Of a DNA stretch of 64,000 nt, positions 25,715 through 36,476 are shown in pieces; positions within the stretch are counted from its first letter, which is position 1; each line of letters opens with the position of its first letter. The position numbers were made by a program, and so were the translations under genes. This DNA comes from Rhina ancylostomus (taxonomy: Eukaryota): positions 107,532,433-107,596,432 of the forward strand of contig JARFYF010000063.1 of the NCBI GenBank assembly GCA_030265395.1, read 5' to 3'. The notes below the pieces were generated by a model, which saw only the letters and a list, made by a program, of their open reading frames with translations, was not told where the DNA came from and did not search any database.

Positions 25715-26216
25715 CAGAGAGAGATGGAGCAGGGAAACAGGCCCTTTGGCCCACCAGCTCCTTGCTGACCATTACACCTACACCAATCCTGCAAAACTGA
25801 ACGGCTCCCTCATACAGTAAGATGCTTGTCCTCACAATCTACCTCTTTATGGCCCTTGCACCTTATTGCTGCCAGCACTGCACTTTCTCCATAACTGTGA
25901 CACTTTATTCTACATTCTGTTGTTGTTTTTACCCTGTACTATCTCAGTGCACTGTGTAATGAATTGACCTGTACGATCGGTATGTAAGACAAGTTTTTCA
26001 CTGGACCTCAGTACATGTGGCAATAATAAACCAATTTACAAATTTTTATTCTCTTCAATTCCCCCAGATTCTACCACTCACCTACACACCCAGATGTCTT
26101 TGGGATGTGGGAGGAAACTGGAGCGCCCAGAGATACACGCNNNNNNNNNNGCACCCAAGGTCAGAATCGAACCCGGGTTACTGGAGCCATGAGGCAGTGT
26201 CTCTACCAGCTGTGCA
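25715..26216 (-). mobile_element. HE1-like V-SINE, interrupted by a Rex1/Babar tail and a 10-N gap
   Basis: CR1-type tail at 25715-25795, V-domain (tctttgggatgtgggaggaaactggagcgccc) at ~26095-26140, and tRNA head with B-box (aatcgaacccggg) at 26151-26216. Confidence 0.7.
25798..26043 (+). mobile_element. Rex1/Babar LINE 3' UTR fragment
   Basis: Near reverse complement of 21696-21935 in this window (ctcacaatctacctc...gcactgcactttct...tacatgtggcaataataaaccaatttac). Confidence 0.85.
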
Positions 26217-26754
26217 GAGCAGAAGCAATGTTCCAAGTGTTTTTGTTGAACAAATCCATGTGATTTACACAGAAGTCTCAGTTATACAACTGATAAAATT
26301 ATTTAGTGCTAATTGAAACGATCTGGTATCTTTCAGAATTGTTAAAAAATACTTAAAGGGGGAAGCACATTGAGTTGCGAGGAAGCGAGGTGCCTGACCA
26401 GTGGGGTCGTCTCTCTCGTCACCACCCACCCTGCAGTGTTTGCGACGGGGGATTTATCCTGAGGGGTGCAGAGACCTGCAGCTTCTCGGGAGGGGTGGTG
26501 GACAGCCCTGGGGGCCTGCACGCATCTCGCTCCAGGATCTGTGTGCCGCACTTTGAAAGGAGATTTGAAATCCAAATCTCCCAGCTCGTTAAAGGTGCCG
26601 CAGGAGGGGAAGTTGTTGCTGCACCTGAAGGCAAAGATTCCAGGGAACATCTCGGCTCCTCCCTCCTGCGCTTGGCTGGATGTATGTGACAGCCCCAGGG
26701 CTCTCCACCTGGTGAGACCAGAGCCCTGTGTCCACTGCAAGGGGACAGCCCTTT

Positions 26755-27130
26755 GAGTTTATACAGTGCCTGTCACAGCTCCAGGCTATCCTAAAGGGTT
26801 GAGGCCAGGAAAAGTGCAGGTGCTCCCGGGCATGCAACAACCCATTGGTGCACAGAAAGATCCCACAAAGACCGCCTCCATGATGGACAGGTCACCTGTT
26901 TTGGCAGACATTGGCCAGAACACTGGGGAAAATTCTCCCAGCCACCAGCCTGATGCAGCTGAGACAGGAAGCAGCTGGAAACTGGGGTGACATCAAAGTG
27001 AAAATTCGGCACCCCCAGCAGTGCAGTAGACCCAGGCCAGTTCGACCCTGATGACGTGCTGGAGTGGAGGAGCTGGGATTTGAACCCTCCACCTCCTGGC
27101 CCCGGGAGGGCAGTGGGGACTGGGCACTGC
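26755..27130 (-). mobile_element. SacSINE1-like Deu-SINE, GC-shifted copy
   Basis: Antisense blocks in consensus order: tttatacagtgcctgtcac, gtgcacagaaagatcccacaaa, acattggccagaacactgggga, cggcacccccagcagtgcag, gggatttgaaccc. Confidence 0.55.
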
Positions 27131-28507
27131 CCGCAGCCGGCAGAACCTGGTCCCATGGTCCCCTCTGGTGGTGCAGCCCCGTCACTGCAGGCAGGCTAGC
27201 CCGATTGCCCAGCTGAGCTGTGGCTGGTTACCCAGCTCCACCTTCCCCTCCACCCCAGGACCCACCCACCTTCCTCTCCACCCCACGACCACTCCCAACA
27301 TCCTTTTCCAATGCATCTCCTTTTGTTGCTGCAGCATCAAAGTGACATATTTCATTTATACAACTGCATAATGAGCATTGAAAATTGTTGAACCAGAGGC
27401 TTACTAGCAGGAGTTGCTGATAACAATCAGGAGGAGGCAGAGTCCATCTAAAAGTAATTTGCCTGCAAATGCAACCACATGGCCCTTTCTTTCCATGATG
27501 GAAAATTAGCTTTTATCCAGCATGAAATCTGAGAACAACTATTTCTGGCTCATTTTGCTCCACTGGAAATTTGATGAACTCTTGCAGATATGAATCCATA
27601 CATGGCCCACACTTGCAACAAATTTTTCAGAGCACTGTGGCCACTGCTGTCCTGGGCACTCCCAGGAGAAACTGGTCTGGGAATACACAAGTAAGTCTCT
27701 TGCTTACCTTACCTCCTCCGAATTATTTACCTGCTCCTCCCTGCACCTCCCTTTCCCCACCCTCTCATGCTGTATCCACCAGTCTGTCTCCCGACACTGC
27801 AATCTCCTTAATCCCAGCCTTTCATCTCTCCGAACTCCCATCCCTGTGTTCTGCTGAGGTGACTAATGGAGGCCTTCAATCTCACCCCTGGCCCCTCCTG
27901 TCACTAACTCTACCCTTTTTGCAATCCTTCTTTCTCTGCTGACTTTCCTTCTTTAAGACTGGCTTTCTCCATGACCCCCAATACTCTGATGATTCCCCTG
28001 ACTCCAACTCCCCACCACTCCCAACCATCCCATGGTCCACAGCATGATTCTGATTGGGCCTAAGTACCTACTATCCTGACTGAGGACCAACTACTGGGCT
28101 GGGGAGGATGCATTTTCAATTAAGATGCAACATCCATTCTGTGGCCCATGGGCTCAGGACGAACTAATAGTTTTACTTCAGCCCAGTGACTAAAAGAGTT
28201 ATTGACTACTTTGCAAATATTCTACTTTTAGGTGCACTAGAATTTCTAGGCCAGTCTATTTTGAAAGATAGCATGTACAAGGCTAGTTTTACAAGTGATT
28301 CTTGCAGCCCTAAAGAATATTGACTAACACGTACTCTGTAGAAGCTGATGCTGAGTTTATTTTTATGCCTGAGTTATGGTGAGGATGACAAGGCTAGATT
28401 TACTGTCATGCCTACCTGACTGACATGACAAAGACCTTCCACCTAAATGTTGCAGATGTGATCGTGATTCTCACAAGGGAGTTAGGCAGGGAATTCCAGA
28501 ATTTTGA

Positions 28508-28635
28508 TCAACAAAGGAACTCAGCAGGTTGAGCAGCATCTGTGGGAGGTAAGGAATTGTTGATATTTCAGGTCGAAACCCTGCATCAGGATTATTTGTT
28601 GCTCCAGATTCCAGCATCTGCAGTCTCTTGTGTTG
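28508..28635. mobile_element. Penelope-like terminal-repeat remnant with hammerhead-like core
   Basis: ggaactcagcaggttgagcagcatctgtgg...tttcaggtcgaaaccctgcatcagga, followed by an oppositely oriented end ccagattccagcatctgcagtctcttgtg. Confidence 0.65.
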
Positions 28636-28699
28636 CCAAAATTTTGGTCATGTGATAAGATGCAGCCATAATGATGATCAATTTAGTGACGTTAACAAT

Positions 28700-29155
28700 C
28701 ATCCCAGGAGTTGGAGGATATTTCCAGGGAGTAGTAATCTTCTCAGGAGGTAGTAGTAGTCTAGAACATGTGAATAGTTCCAGGGAGTGATAATATTCCA
28801 AGTGGCTGATAATATTTCCAGTGTATGTTGATATTTCCCAGGAGGTAATATTTCCAGGTGTGCTGGTAGTGCCAAGAGATGGGATATTCCCTGGTCATAG
28901 AATAATACAGCATGGAAACTGGCCTTTCGGCCCAACTGATCCATGCCGACCAAGATGCCCTATCCAAACTCATAGGGATATTCTCAGGGGTGGTGATAGT
29001 CTAAGGAGGTAGGGATAACCCCAGAGGAATATTTCCACCCCCTGGCCCCATTGTCACTCCCTGGGAATATCATTATCTTTTGACACTACCACTAGGCCCT
29101 GGGATATATTATCTAAATCTGGGAATATTCCAGCCTCTTGTGATTACAACCACTC
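28700..29155. repeat. Degenerate ~20-bp subrepeat array that inverts orientation near 29030
   Basis: Repeated (g/a)atatt(t/c)ccagggag-like units at 28700-29025, then reverse-complement units (actccctgggaatatc, ccctgggatat, tctgggaatatt) at 29035-29135. Confidence 0.7.
28895..28975 (-). mobile_element. Severely 5'-truncated CR1 tail with tcatag duplication
   Basis: catagaataatacagcatggaaactggcctttcggcccaac..., flanked by tcatag at 28895-28900 and 28970-28975. Confidence 0.75.
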
Positions 29156-29564
29156 AGATTTCAAATCAATTCCCCCACATGGCATCAGACCTCACCATTC
29201 TTTAATGCAAGGAAAATGGGTTACAGCTCAGGTCTAACGTTATAGCTAAGGTCTAACATAATAATTGCTTATGTTGATGTACAGACTACAGGATTGCATT
29301 ATGTCCAGAAAAAGGATACAGTACTGTTGCTTGCGTTAAACCTGGTAAGAATAATTATGCAGAGCTGAAACCAGAGAAGCCAATGAGGGAATGGGAGTTA
29401 CAGGAGTTGTTCATATAAATCACCACTTAATCGATGTTTGGATATAGAGATCATAATTTTAAAATTGCCTTGTGATGCAAAAGTTGAGGGTTTGATAAAC
29501 CATAAGAAGGCTGTAAAAGGACCTGGCCAAGTTGATACCATGGCATACAAGTGGCAGCAATACA

Positions 29565-29927
29565 TTAGAAGTCGAGGGGTATAGACACGGTAGTGTCAAT
29601 ATCTTTTCCCCATATCACAAGGGGAATAAAACTAAGGGGACATAGATTTAGGGTAAAGGGTAGGAGAGTTAGAAGGGATCTGAGGGGGGACTTTTATTTT
29701 ACACAGAGTGGTGAGTACTTGTAATGTACTGCCGGAGAGAGTGGTCGAATCATTGTCGCTAACGGAATTTAAGAAGTGTCAAGATGAGCATTTGAATCAT
29801 CTGGGCATTGAAGGCTATGGGCCAGGTGCTGGAAGATGGGATTAATATGGATTGCTGCCCACTGGTCATCGTGGACATGATTGCCGAATGGCCTGTTTTC
29901 ATGCTGTAAAGCTCTATGACTCTATGC
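29565..29927 (+). mobile_element. CR1 LINE 3' end
   Basis: TKGHRFRVKG-like segment, cacagagtggtgagtacttgtaatgtactgccggagagagtggt, and tail ccgaatggcctgttttcatgctgtaaagctctatgactctatg. Confidence 0.85.
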
Positions 29928-32064
29928 AGGTCTTTGATGGGATTGACTAGAAAAGACCACCTAATCTACAAAGCCTGCCTCAGACACCCTGATGCCTGGA
30001 ATAATACCCCACCCCTATCAGATGGTCTTCTACGAGAAATACATATGCAGGTGCTTTAAAAATGTTAGCATGATTTTCATATCTTAAGAGATGTTAAAAC
30101 CCCACCAGAGCATTTTACACAGACCACTGCTTACCAGGCACCCAGCAACAGTGTTCACGAACAGCTCTGTGGGATGCCATACAGATGAGGGAAAGACGTG
30201 TTGGGGGAGGGTGGGCAGAAAAAGGAGGAGGGAAGGGAGAAATGGGGATGGGGATAGAAGGGAGGGAAACTGAGGGAGGAGGGTTCAAATGGTGTATTAG
30301 TGAAGCTCTGAGCAAAGAGGTGATAAACCACATCCTCAAGGTGAGGCACAGTGCCATGATCAGAGTGGGGATGAGCTGGAGAGCACAACTCCATCCCATG
30401 CTGGTGGCTGATGCCTTTATTAAACAAAACTTAGTTGAAACAGTGACTGCTTCATTAGATAGATAGACAATGTCCCTTCCTTTAAATCACACAGGTTTCA
30501 TTCCTGTCACTTTGATACTCTCCTCACTACAGATGCAGGTCATAATCGTCAGTTTTCTGATCCACCTTGTGTTGTTAAGCAAAATACACATGGGAAATGA
30601 CACAAGCATCGTTGTGAGTCACATTAGGAAGTGTCCTGTCCAACTTTCCAGTGGGTTGAATTTCACCAGGAAGTGAATGCAAACACCACAAGACGCTTAC
30701 AGAATCACATGCCAGAAATTATCAATACCAAAAAAAATTATTTTTTGTATTTCAATTTCTGGGCAGGCGAATTTCCATAGCCCGTCTAGAATTGGACGTG
30801 GTATTTTAATTGATAAGTAGTTAGTTGTAAAATATTAGTATCTCCATCAATGCAGCATCATCAGTATGAATCAGTGGTCTTTTGTACCATCCAATGCCCC
30901 TTTATGTTGCCTTTTTACCAGCTCTCAATCTGCTACAGCATTTTAATATAAACACTTGATGCCACTCCAATTCAGAGGGAGCTCAGGTTTTCCAAAGCTC
31001 AACCAACAGTATAGTGCAAACTATACTGGCATTGACCACCCTAGGGCTGAGTGCTAAAACCTCACAAACAGACTAATAATAGAATTAAAGGTGTTGTGAG
31101 TACTATGGATCTGCAAAAGTGTATGAGGCTAGAAAATATCTCAATTGTCATTGTAATCCCATATACAAAAGGTCTCATAATTTAAAATATCACAGTTGCT
31201 TCAGCTAGATGTGGGTCTGCAGTGAGGTGTAAACATGTAATTAAATGATGATGGGGTTATAAAAATGCATAAACTTATCAACAAGGATCAATTGCAAAGA
31301 TAATTCCTCTGAGAGGAATATGTGAGTTCACATTGCAAAGGTATAAGGATGAAAGTGTGACTCGCTCAGCTTGAACCATCCAAGTTCAACCCCTCATTGT
31401 TCTGAACTCAACTGCTCTATTTGAACTATATATTCTTGTATCAAAGTAACCTAATAATATTTTTATAATTAATTGTTTGAGGATATAGTGCACACCAACA
31501 GAGTCCCTCCTCTCATGCAAGGGGTAATCTTTAACAGGAATGCATGGATTCATTGACACATACCATTGAATATAATGTGTTCCTTAAAGACTGGTAATAT
31601 GTAATGTATCCGTGAGGACTTTTTGGGAGGGCTTGTTTAATGAATCATGAATATATCTCTATATATCTGTGTATTTGCCAGGTTTGGCTTCTTTCATACA
31701 TGAAAATCAATTAAACTGATCTTTTTAACAAATGGAATGTTAAAGGAAAACTGAAGGTCAGGATCCCATGTGGTCTAGTTTATCACATCATTGTATACTT
31801 CAAGGATACAAAATAAAACTCAATTGATGAAACTCTTATCATGGTTGGTATTATTCTTTGAACACATTTAAAGGATTTTGAGGAACTCTATTAGGATCCA
31901 ATTCCATGCCTTTGATTACAAAAAGTTACAGAACCCTTAAACTAAATATAAGTCATCAGCAAATACAGATGAAAGATAAAAAACAAAAGTTAAATCTGAG
32001 GACAATATTTTGCCTACGTCTTTGAAAAGATCCTCAACTTAACATTTCACGTTAATCACCTTTT

Positions 32065-32200
32065 GTCAGAATGATTCTGCAAATAGGTCACTAAACTGAA
32101 ATGTTAACTTGTTTCTCTCCACTCAGATGCTGAATAGCTGCTGAGTATTTCCAGCATTTCCCATTTTTATTTCAGATTTACATCATCTGCAGGATTTTAT
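32065..32200 (+). mobile_element. Penelope-like terminal-repeat remnant
   Basis: ctgaaatgttaacttgtttctctccactcagatgctg...ctgctgagtatttccagcattt...ttttatttcagattt, similar to 14830-14925 and 34670-34750. Confidence 0.6.
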
Positions 32201-33714
32201 TTTTGTGTCCAGGATGATGACACCTGTTCTTTTTCCATTTGTAGGCTTGCCAGTGAGTAATGAGAATGATGTACTATTCTGGAAGAGGCAGCCATAGACA
32301 TAAAGGAAATGTTTGCGTTGAGACTAATAATTGAAAAGAGTGACATAAATCCACTTAAATCATATTGTGAGCTCTTCTCACAGCTTAGACAGAGCTGTAT
32401 TAAAGAATATTTCAAAACCTGTACAATAAATGAAGAGAGGTCTACTGTTATAGAATTACATCAGAATATTGGCTTTTATAAGTTTAATTTATTTGAGTGA
32501 GCATTTCAGTTACTCTCTTGGTATATTTGTTCAGCATTTTATTGATAGCTACACAGCTATGATATTTTATTTAGTAATAGACTGTCGAGAAATGCAAAAC
32601 TGAGCAGACTTCAAAGCGGGACCTCAAAGGAAAACCCCAAAGGAAAACGTGTTTGAAATAATCATTATACAATGATCTTAGATTTAGTTTCTTTATTTTA
32701 TAAAATCAGCAGTAATAAAAATTACATTAATTTTTCCCCATTTCATTCTTGCATTGTAGAGAGAAAAAGTGTTCAGCAGGCTCTTAGCATCCTTTGGGAT
32801 AACATGCAGCCGTTTCTAAATCCTCCACCTCCATGACCTCCACCTGCAGTTCTGGGTCACTTGGCAGAGGATGTTTGCTCTCGCAGGCTATTCTTAATTT
32901 CTGCCTGCTCTGTATAATTTCTCTCAAGAATCCAAGTTATTTTGGATCACCTTAGGTAGTAGGGTGTACTAACCCAAATTAGATTTGGTTCAGTTTATAT
33001 GCTCCATTTAATAGTTGGGTTGGGCTCAGTCTAATAATTTTGCTGATTTTTATTTTAAAAATAAAAGCAACATTGATTCTTATTTTGAAAAAAAAGTGCT
33101 ATTTTCAGTGGATTTGTGATCATAGATCACCCTCTGCCTCCCCCGAAATTAACCAGTGACTTAAATGTAGAACTAGGTGCCAGCGTGGTTCAGAAACACT
33201 CATTCCAACCAATAGACTTAGGTTTATATCGACCCAGACTGATAATGTGGCTTGCACACCTCCCTGGGTTCTTAAGTAAAATAAATTTGTTGCAGTCTCA
33301 GGCCACTTTCAAGCAGGTACCTCCGTAANNNNNNNNNNNNNNNNNNNNNNNNNNNNNNNNNNNNNNNNNNNNNNNNNNNNNNNNNNNNNNNNNNNNNNNN
33401 NNNNNNNNNNNNNNNNNNNNNNNNNNNNTTCAAGCAGGTACCTCCGTAAGCATGAAACTGCAAGTAACTTAATGTAAGCTCCCATTTGATCTTTTAGCTC
33501 TCTGCACTGATAGTAGAGGCTCAGAGGAATGGGAAGGATAGGACCATGTATACCATGATAAGCAGTTCAAAGCCCCACAATTCTATTCAAGTATCTTAGG
33601 TGGGGTATTAGAATATGCTTAAAATCACTTTCTCTCTTTCCTAAAGGGTCTCACTCTTGAAATCATACCTATATAACTTTTACCTCCCATATCCTTTTCA
33701 TTCCTCCATTATCT

Positions 33715-34755
33715 CAAAACTGTGTAACTATTTGGTCAGTGGTTTCCATTCACTCCACCTCATTTCCTGTCCCTCATTTCCTGTCCCTCTATTTTCAGCC
33801 CTACTGCTCCTGGACAGAACAAGAGCAGTGTTCTCCTGGTCCTTGCCTTCCACCTCACCAGCCTCCCCAGTCAATTGATCTACTTTGCATTTTCTACCAT
33901 CCCCAATAAGATTCCACACTAAATGCATATTTCCTTCATTACCCCTTTCATCATTTCAAGGAGACCACTTCCTTTGCAACTTCCTAGTCTGCACTTCTGT
34001 CCCTGTCTACCATTCCCCACCTTACGGCACTTCCTCTTGAAAACAGTGGAGATGCAACATCTCTCCTATCACCTCTTTCCAATGTCCAGGACCCAAACAG
34101 TCTTTCCAGGTGAAGCAACATTTCACTTGCACTTCTTCTAATCTACTGTATTGCATTTGGTGTTCACAATGTGGTCTCCTCTGCACTGGAGAAACCAAAC
34201 ACAGATCAGGGGATTGCTTTGTTGAGCAATTGTGGTCAGTCCAGAGGAATGACCCTGAGCTTCTAGTTGCCTGCCTCTTTAATTCTCCATCCCATTCCCA
34301 TTCTGACATTTCTGTCTATGGCCTCCTACACTGTTAAAACAAGGCCCAACAAAGAGTAGAGGGCAATACCTCATCTTTTGAGGCAACCTGCGGGAGTCAA
34401 TATCAAATTGTCCAACTTTAGATCACTTACTCACTCTTTGTTTGTATCAGAACTGGAATTCTTTTTGGCCTTCATCATCTTGGGTCAGGTTTTCCTTTTT
34501 TTTCTTTTTCCTTTATGTCTTCTTTGTCTAATGTGTGGCCTGTTGGACGTGTCCCATAACCTTACCATTAGCCGCACATTAGACAGGCAAAGAAGCTTAA
34601 TTTAGTTTTAACTCTCTACAAGCTAAACTGACCCTTTTCTCTCTTTCCCAGTTCATATGAAGGGTCTCAGACCTGAAATGTTAACTGTTTCTTTTTCCAC
34701 AGATGCAGCCTGACCTGCTGTGTGTTTGGCACATTTTATGTTTTTATATCTGAAA
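33715..34755 (+). mobile_element. Penelope-like retroelement 3' part: decayed GIY-YIG endonuclease and terminal repeat
   Basis: ORF 34110-34337 (QHFTCTSSNLLYCIWCSQCGLLCTGETKHRSGDCFVEQL...ACLFNSPSHS) is a degenerate Penelope GIY-YIG domain (IYCIxCxxCxxxYIGET). A hammerhead-like motif follows at 34649-34687. Confidence 0.85.
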
Positions 34756-35054
34756 ATCAAAACTAGTTTGATTTAGAAGGTGCTAGTTTGTCCCAATGTC
34801 AAGGATAGGATATGTCTTTTGTCCTGCCACACTCAATTCTAGGGATAATTAAACATCACCTAGAAGGAGGTTTCATGAACATTCTTTTCCTCAGTGAGGA
34901 CAGCCCAGTATGTGAGTGAACAAAATAAGGCTTAAGTGTTTGCAACTACTGCTAACTAACGATGTGTGTGCTTGATTCAACTTGGTTTTTTTTACCTGAG
35001 ATTATAGATGACAGACAGCCTATTGAATTCACTCTGTGTATATAAGCGAGTACA

Positions 35055-36177
35055 CCAGATACTGCAAAAGCTGTCAGGGCCCAACACTATCCTGAATGTA
35101 GTCCTGAAAACTGATGCTCCAGAACTGGCTATATTTCTGCCCCAATTGTTCCAGTGCAGCTGAATCTGTGTTTACCTGACTGATTGGAAAATTACCTGTT
35201 CAGGCCCTGAAGACTAAAATCAAGATGAAACCATTCTCACCAATTGCTTCCCACCAGCCAATTCCTGAAGAAAGTGGTGAAAAGAGTCATTAACATTATC
35301 ACCAAGTGGTACTTGCTCACAATAACCTCCTCCCTGAGGTTAATTCTGGGCTTTGCCAAGGTAGCCTCACTGTTCAGTTCATTGCAGCCTGATCCAAACG
35401 TGGAGTAGAGAATTGAATTCCATGGGCAAAGTGAGCATAACTGCCTTTGCCATTGATCAACTGCATCTTTAATGAGCCCCAGTAAATCTGAAGTCACAGG
35501 CAACAAGGGAACCTCTGCTGTTGAAGTTCCCACCATCAACATCCCGTGGTGTCACCATTAATCAGAAACAAAATCAGAAATAAATAGTGTGGTTACAAGA
35601 GCAGGTTAGAAGCTTTATATTCCAATCCAAGTAACTCATCTCATGACTGTTAAAACTCCACTACGTTCTATTTGGGGTTTAAAATGGGCGGCATGGACTC
35701 ATTGGGCCGGAAGGGCTGTAAATAAAAAAAAAATAAACAAGGCTCATCTTGCCTGGGTGGCTACAGCAACTACACGAAACAGGAAACTCAACAGGATAAG
35801 TCATTTGATGACCACCTGTTCTGACAGCCTGAACTGGCACACTGTGGCTGTGGTGTTTATCACCCACAAGGTGCAATGCAGCAACTCACCAAGGCTTCTG
35901 TGACAGTGACTCCCAAGTAAACAACCTTGACCACATACAAGTAGAAGGGTAAGAAACATGCACATACCAACATCACCATGTTCTCTCAAAGCACACATCT
36001 TCCCAGCAAGGAGAAGAAATACCATTCCTTTTTCAGTGCCACATCAATACCTTGTAACAACTTACCTGACAGTATTTTAGGAATAAATTCAGTTCAAGAA
36101 CTGGAATGGTTCACGGTCACCACCAACTTCTGTTGGAAATTAGGGGTGCTCAGTGAATGCCAGCAACGCCCACATCT
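35055..36177 (+). mobile_element. Old CR1-group LINE remnant (possible partner of the SINE at 520-992)
   Basis: Decayed RT-region sequence (gtcctgaaaactgatgctccagaactggct) and 3' end aattaggggtgctcagtgaatgccagcaacgcccacatc. A short CR1 tail is inserted at ~35671-35720. Confidence 0.6.
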
Positions 36178-36476
36178 TTTTCCCATAATTGAGCGAAACA
36201 ATACCAGAGAGCATGCATTTAAGGTGAGAGGGGCTCGGTTCAGAACAGACGTGAGGGTTATGTTTTTCTCTCAGAGAGTGGTGGATGCCTGGAATGCATT
36301 GCCTGATAGGGTGGTGGAGGTAAATTCATTGGGAGCTCTTAAGAGGGGCTTGGATGGGCACATGAATAAGAGGAAAATGGAGGGATATGGGCATTCTGTA
36401 GGTAGGAGGGACTAGCTATGTCGGCACAACACTGTGGGCCGAAGGGCCTGTTCTGTGCTGTTATGTTCTCTGTGCT
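36178..36476 (+). mobile_element. CR1 LINE 3' end (younger)
   Basis: LFPIIERNNTREHAFKVRGARFRTDVRVMFFSQRVVDAWNALPDRVVEVNSLGALKRGLDGHM; tail gggccgaagggcctgttctgtgctg. Confidence 0.9.

Noticed and set aside
25172-27371. Cluster of overlapping 60-198 aa ORFs suggesting a viral or foreign coding cassette
   Set aside because: High GC reduces stop frequency. Apart from the AMDHD2 exon, the peptides show no viral or enzyme motifs and overlap SINE sequence.
28700-29030. CRISPR-like repeat-spacer array
   Set aside because: Units are about 20 bp in total and degenerate, with no 30-40 bp unique spacers, no cas genes, and a vertebrate context.
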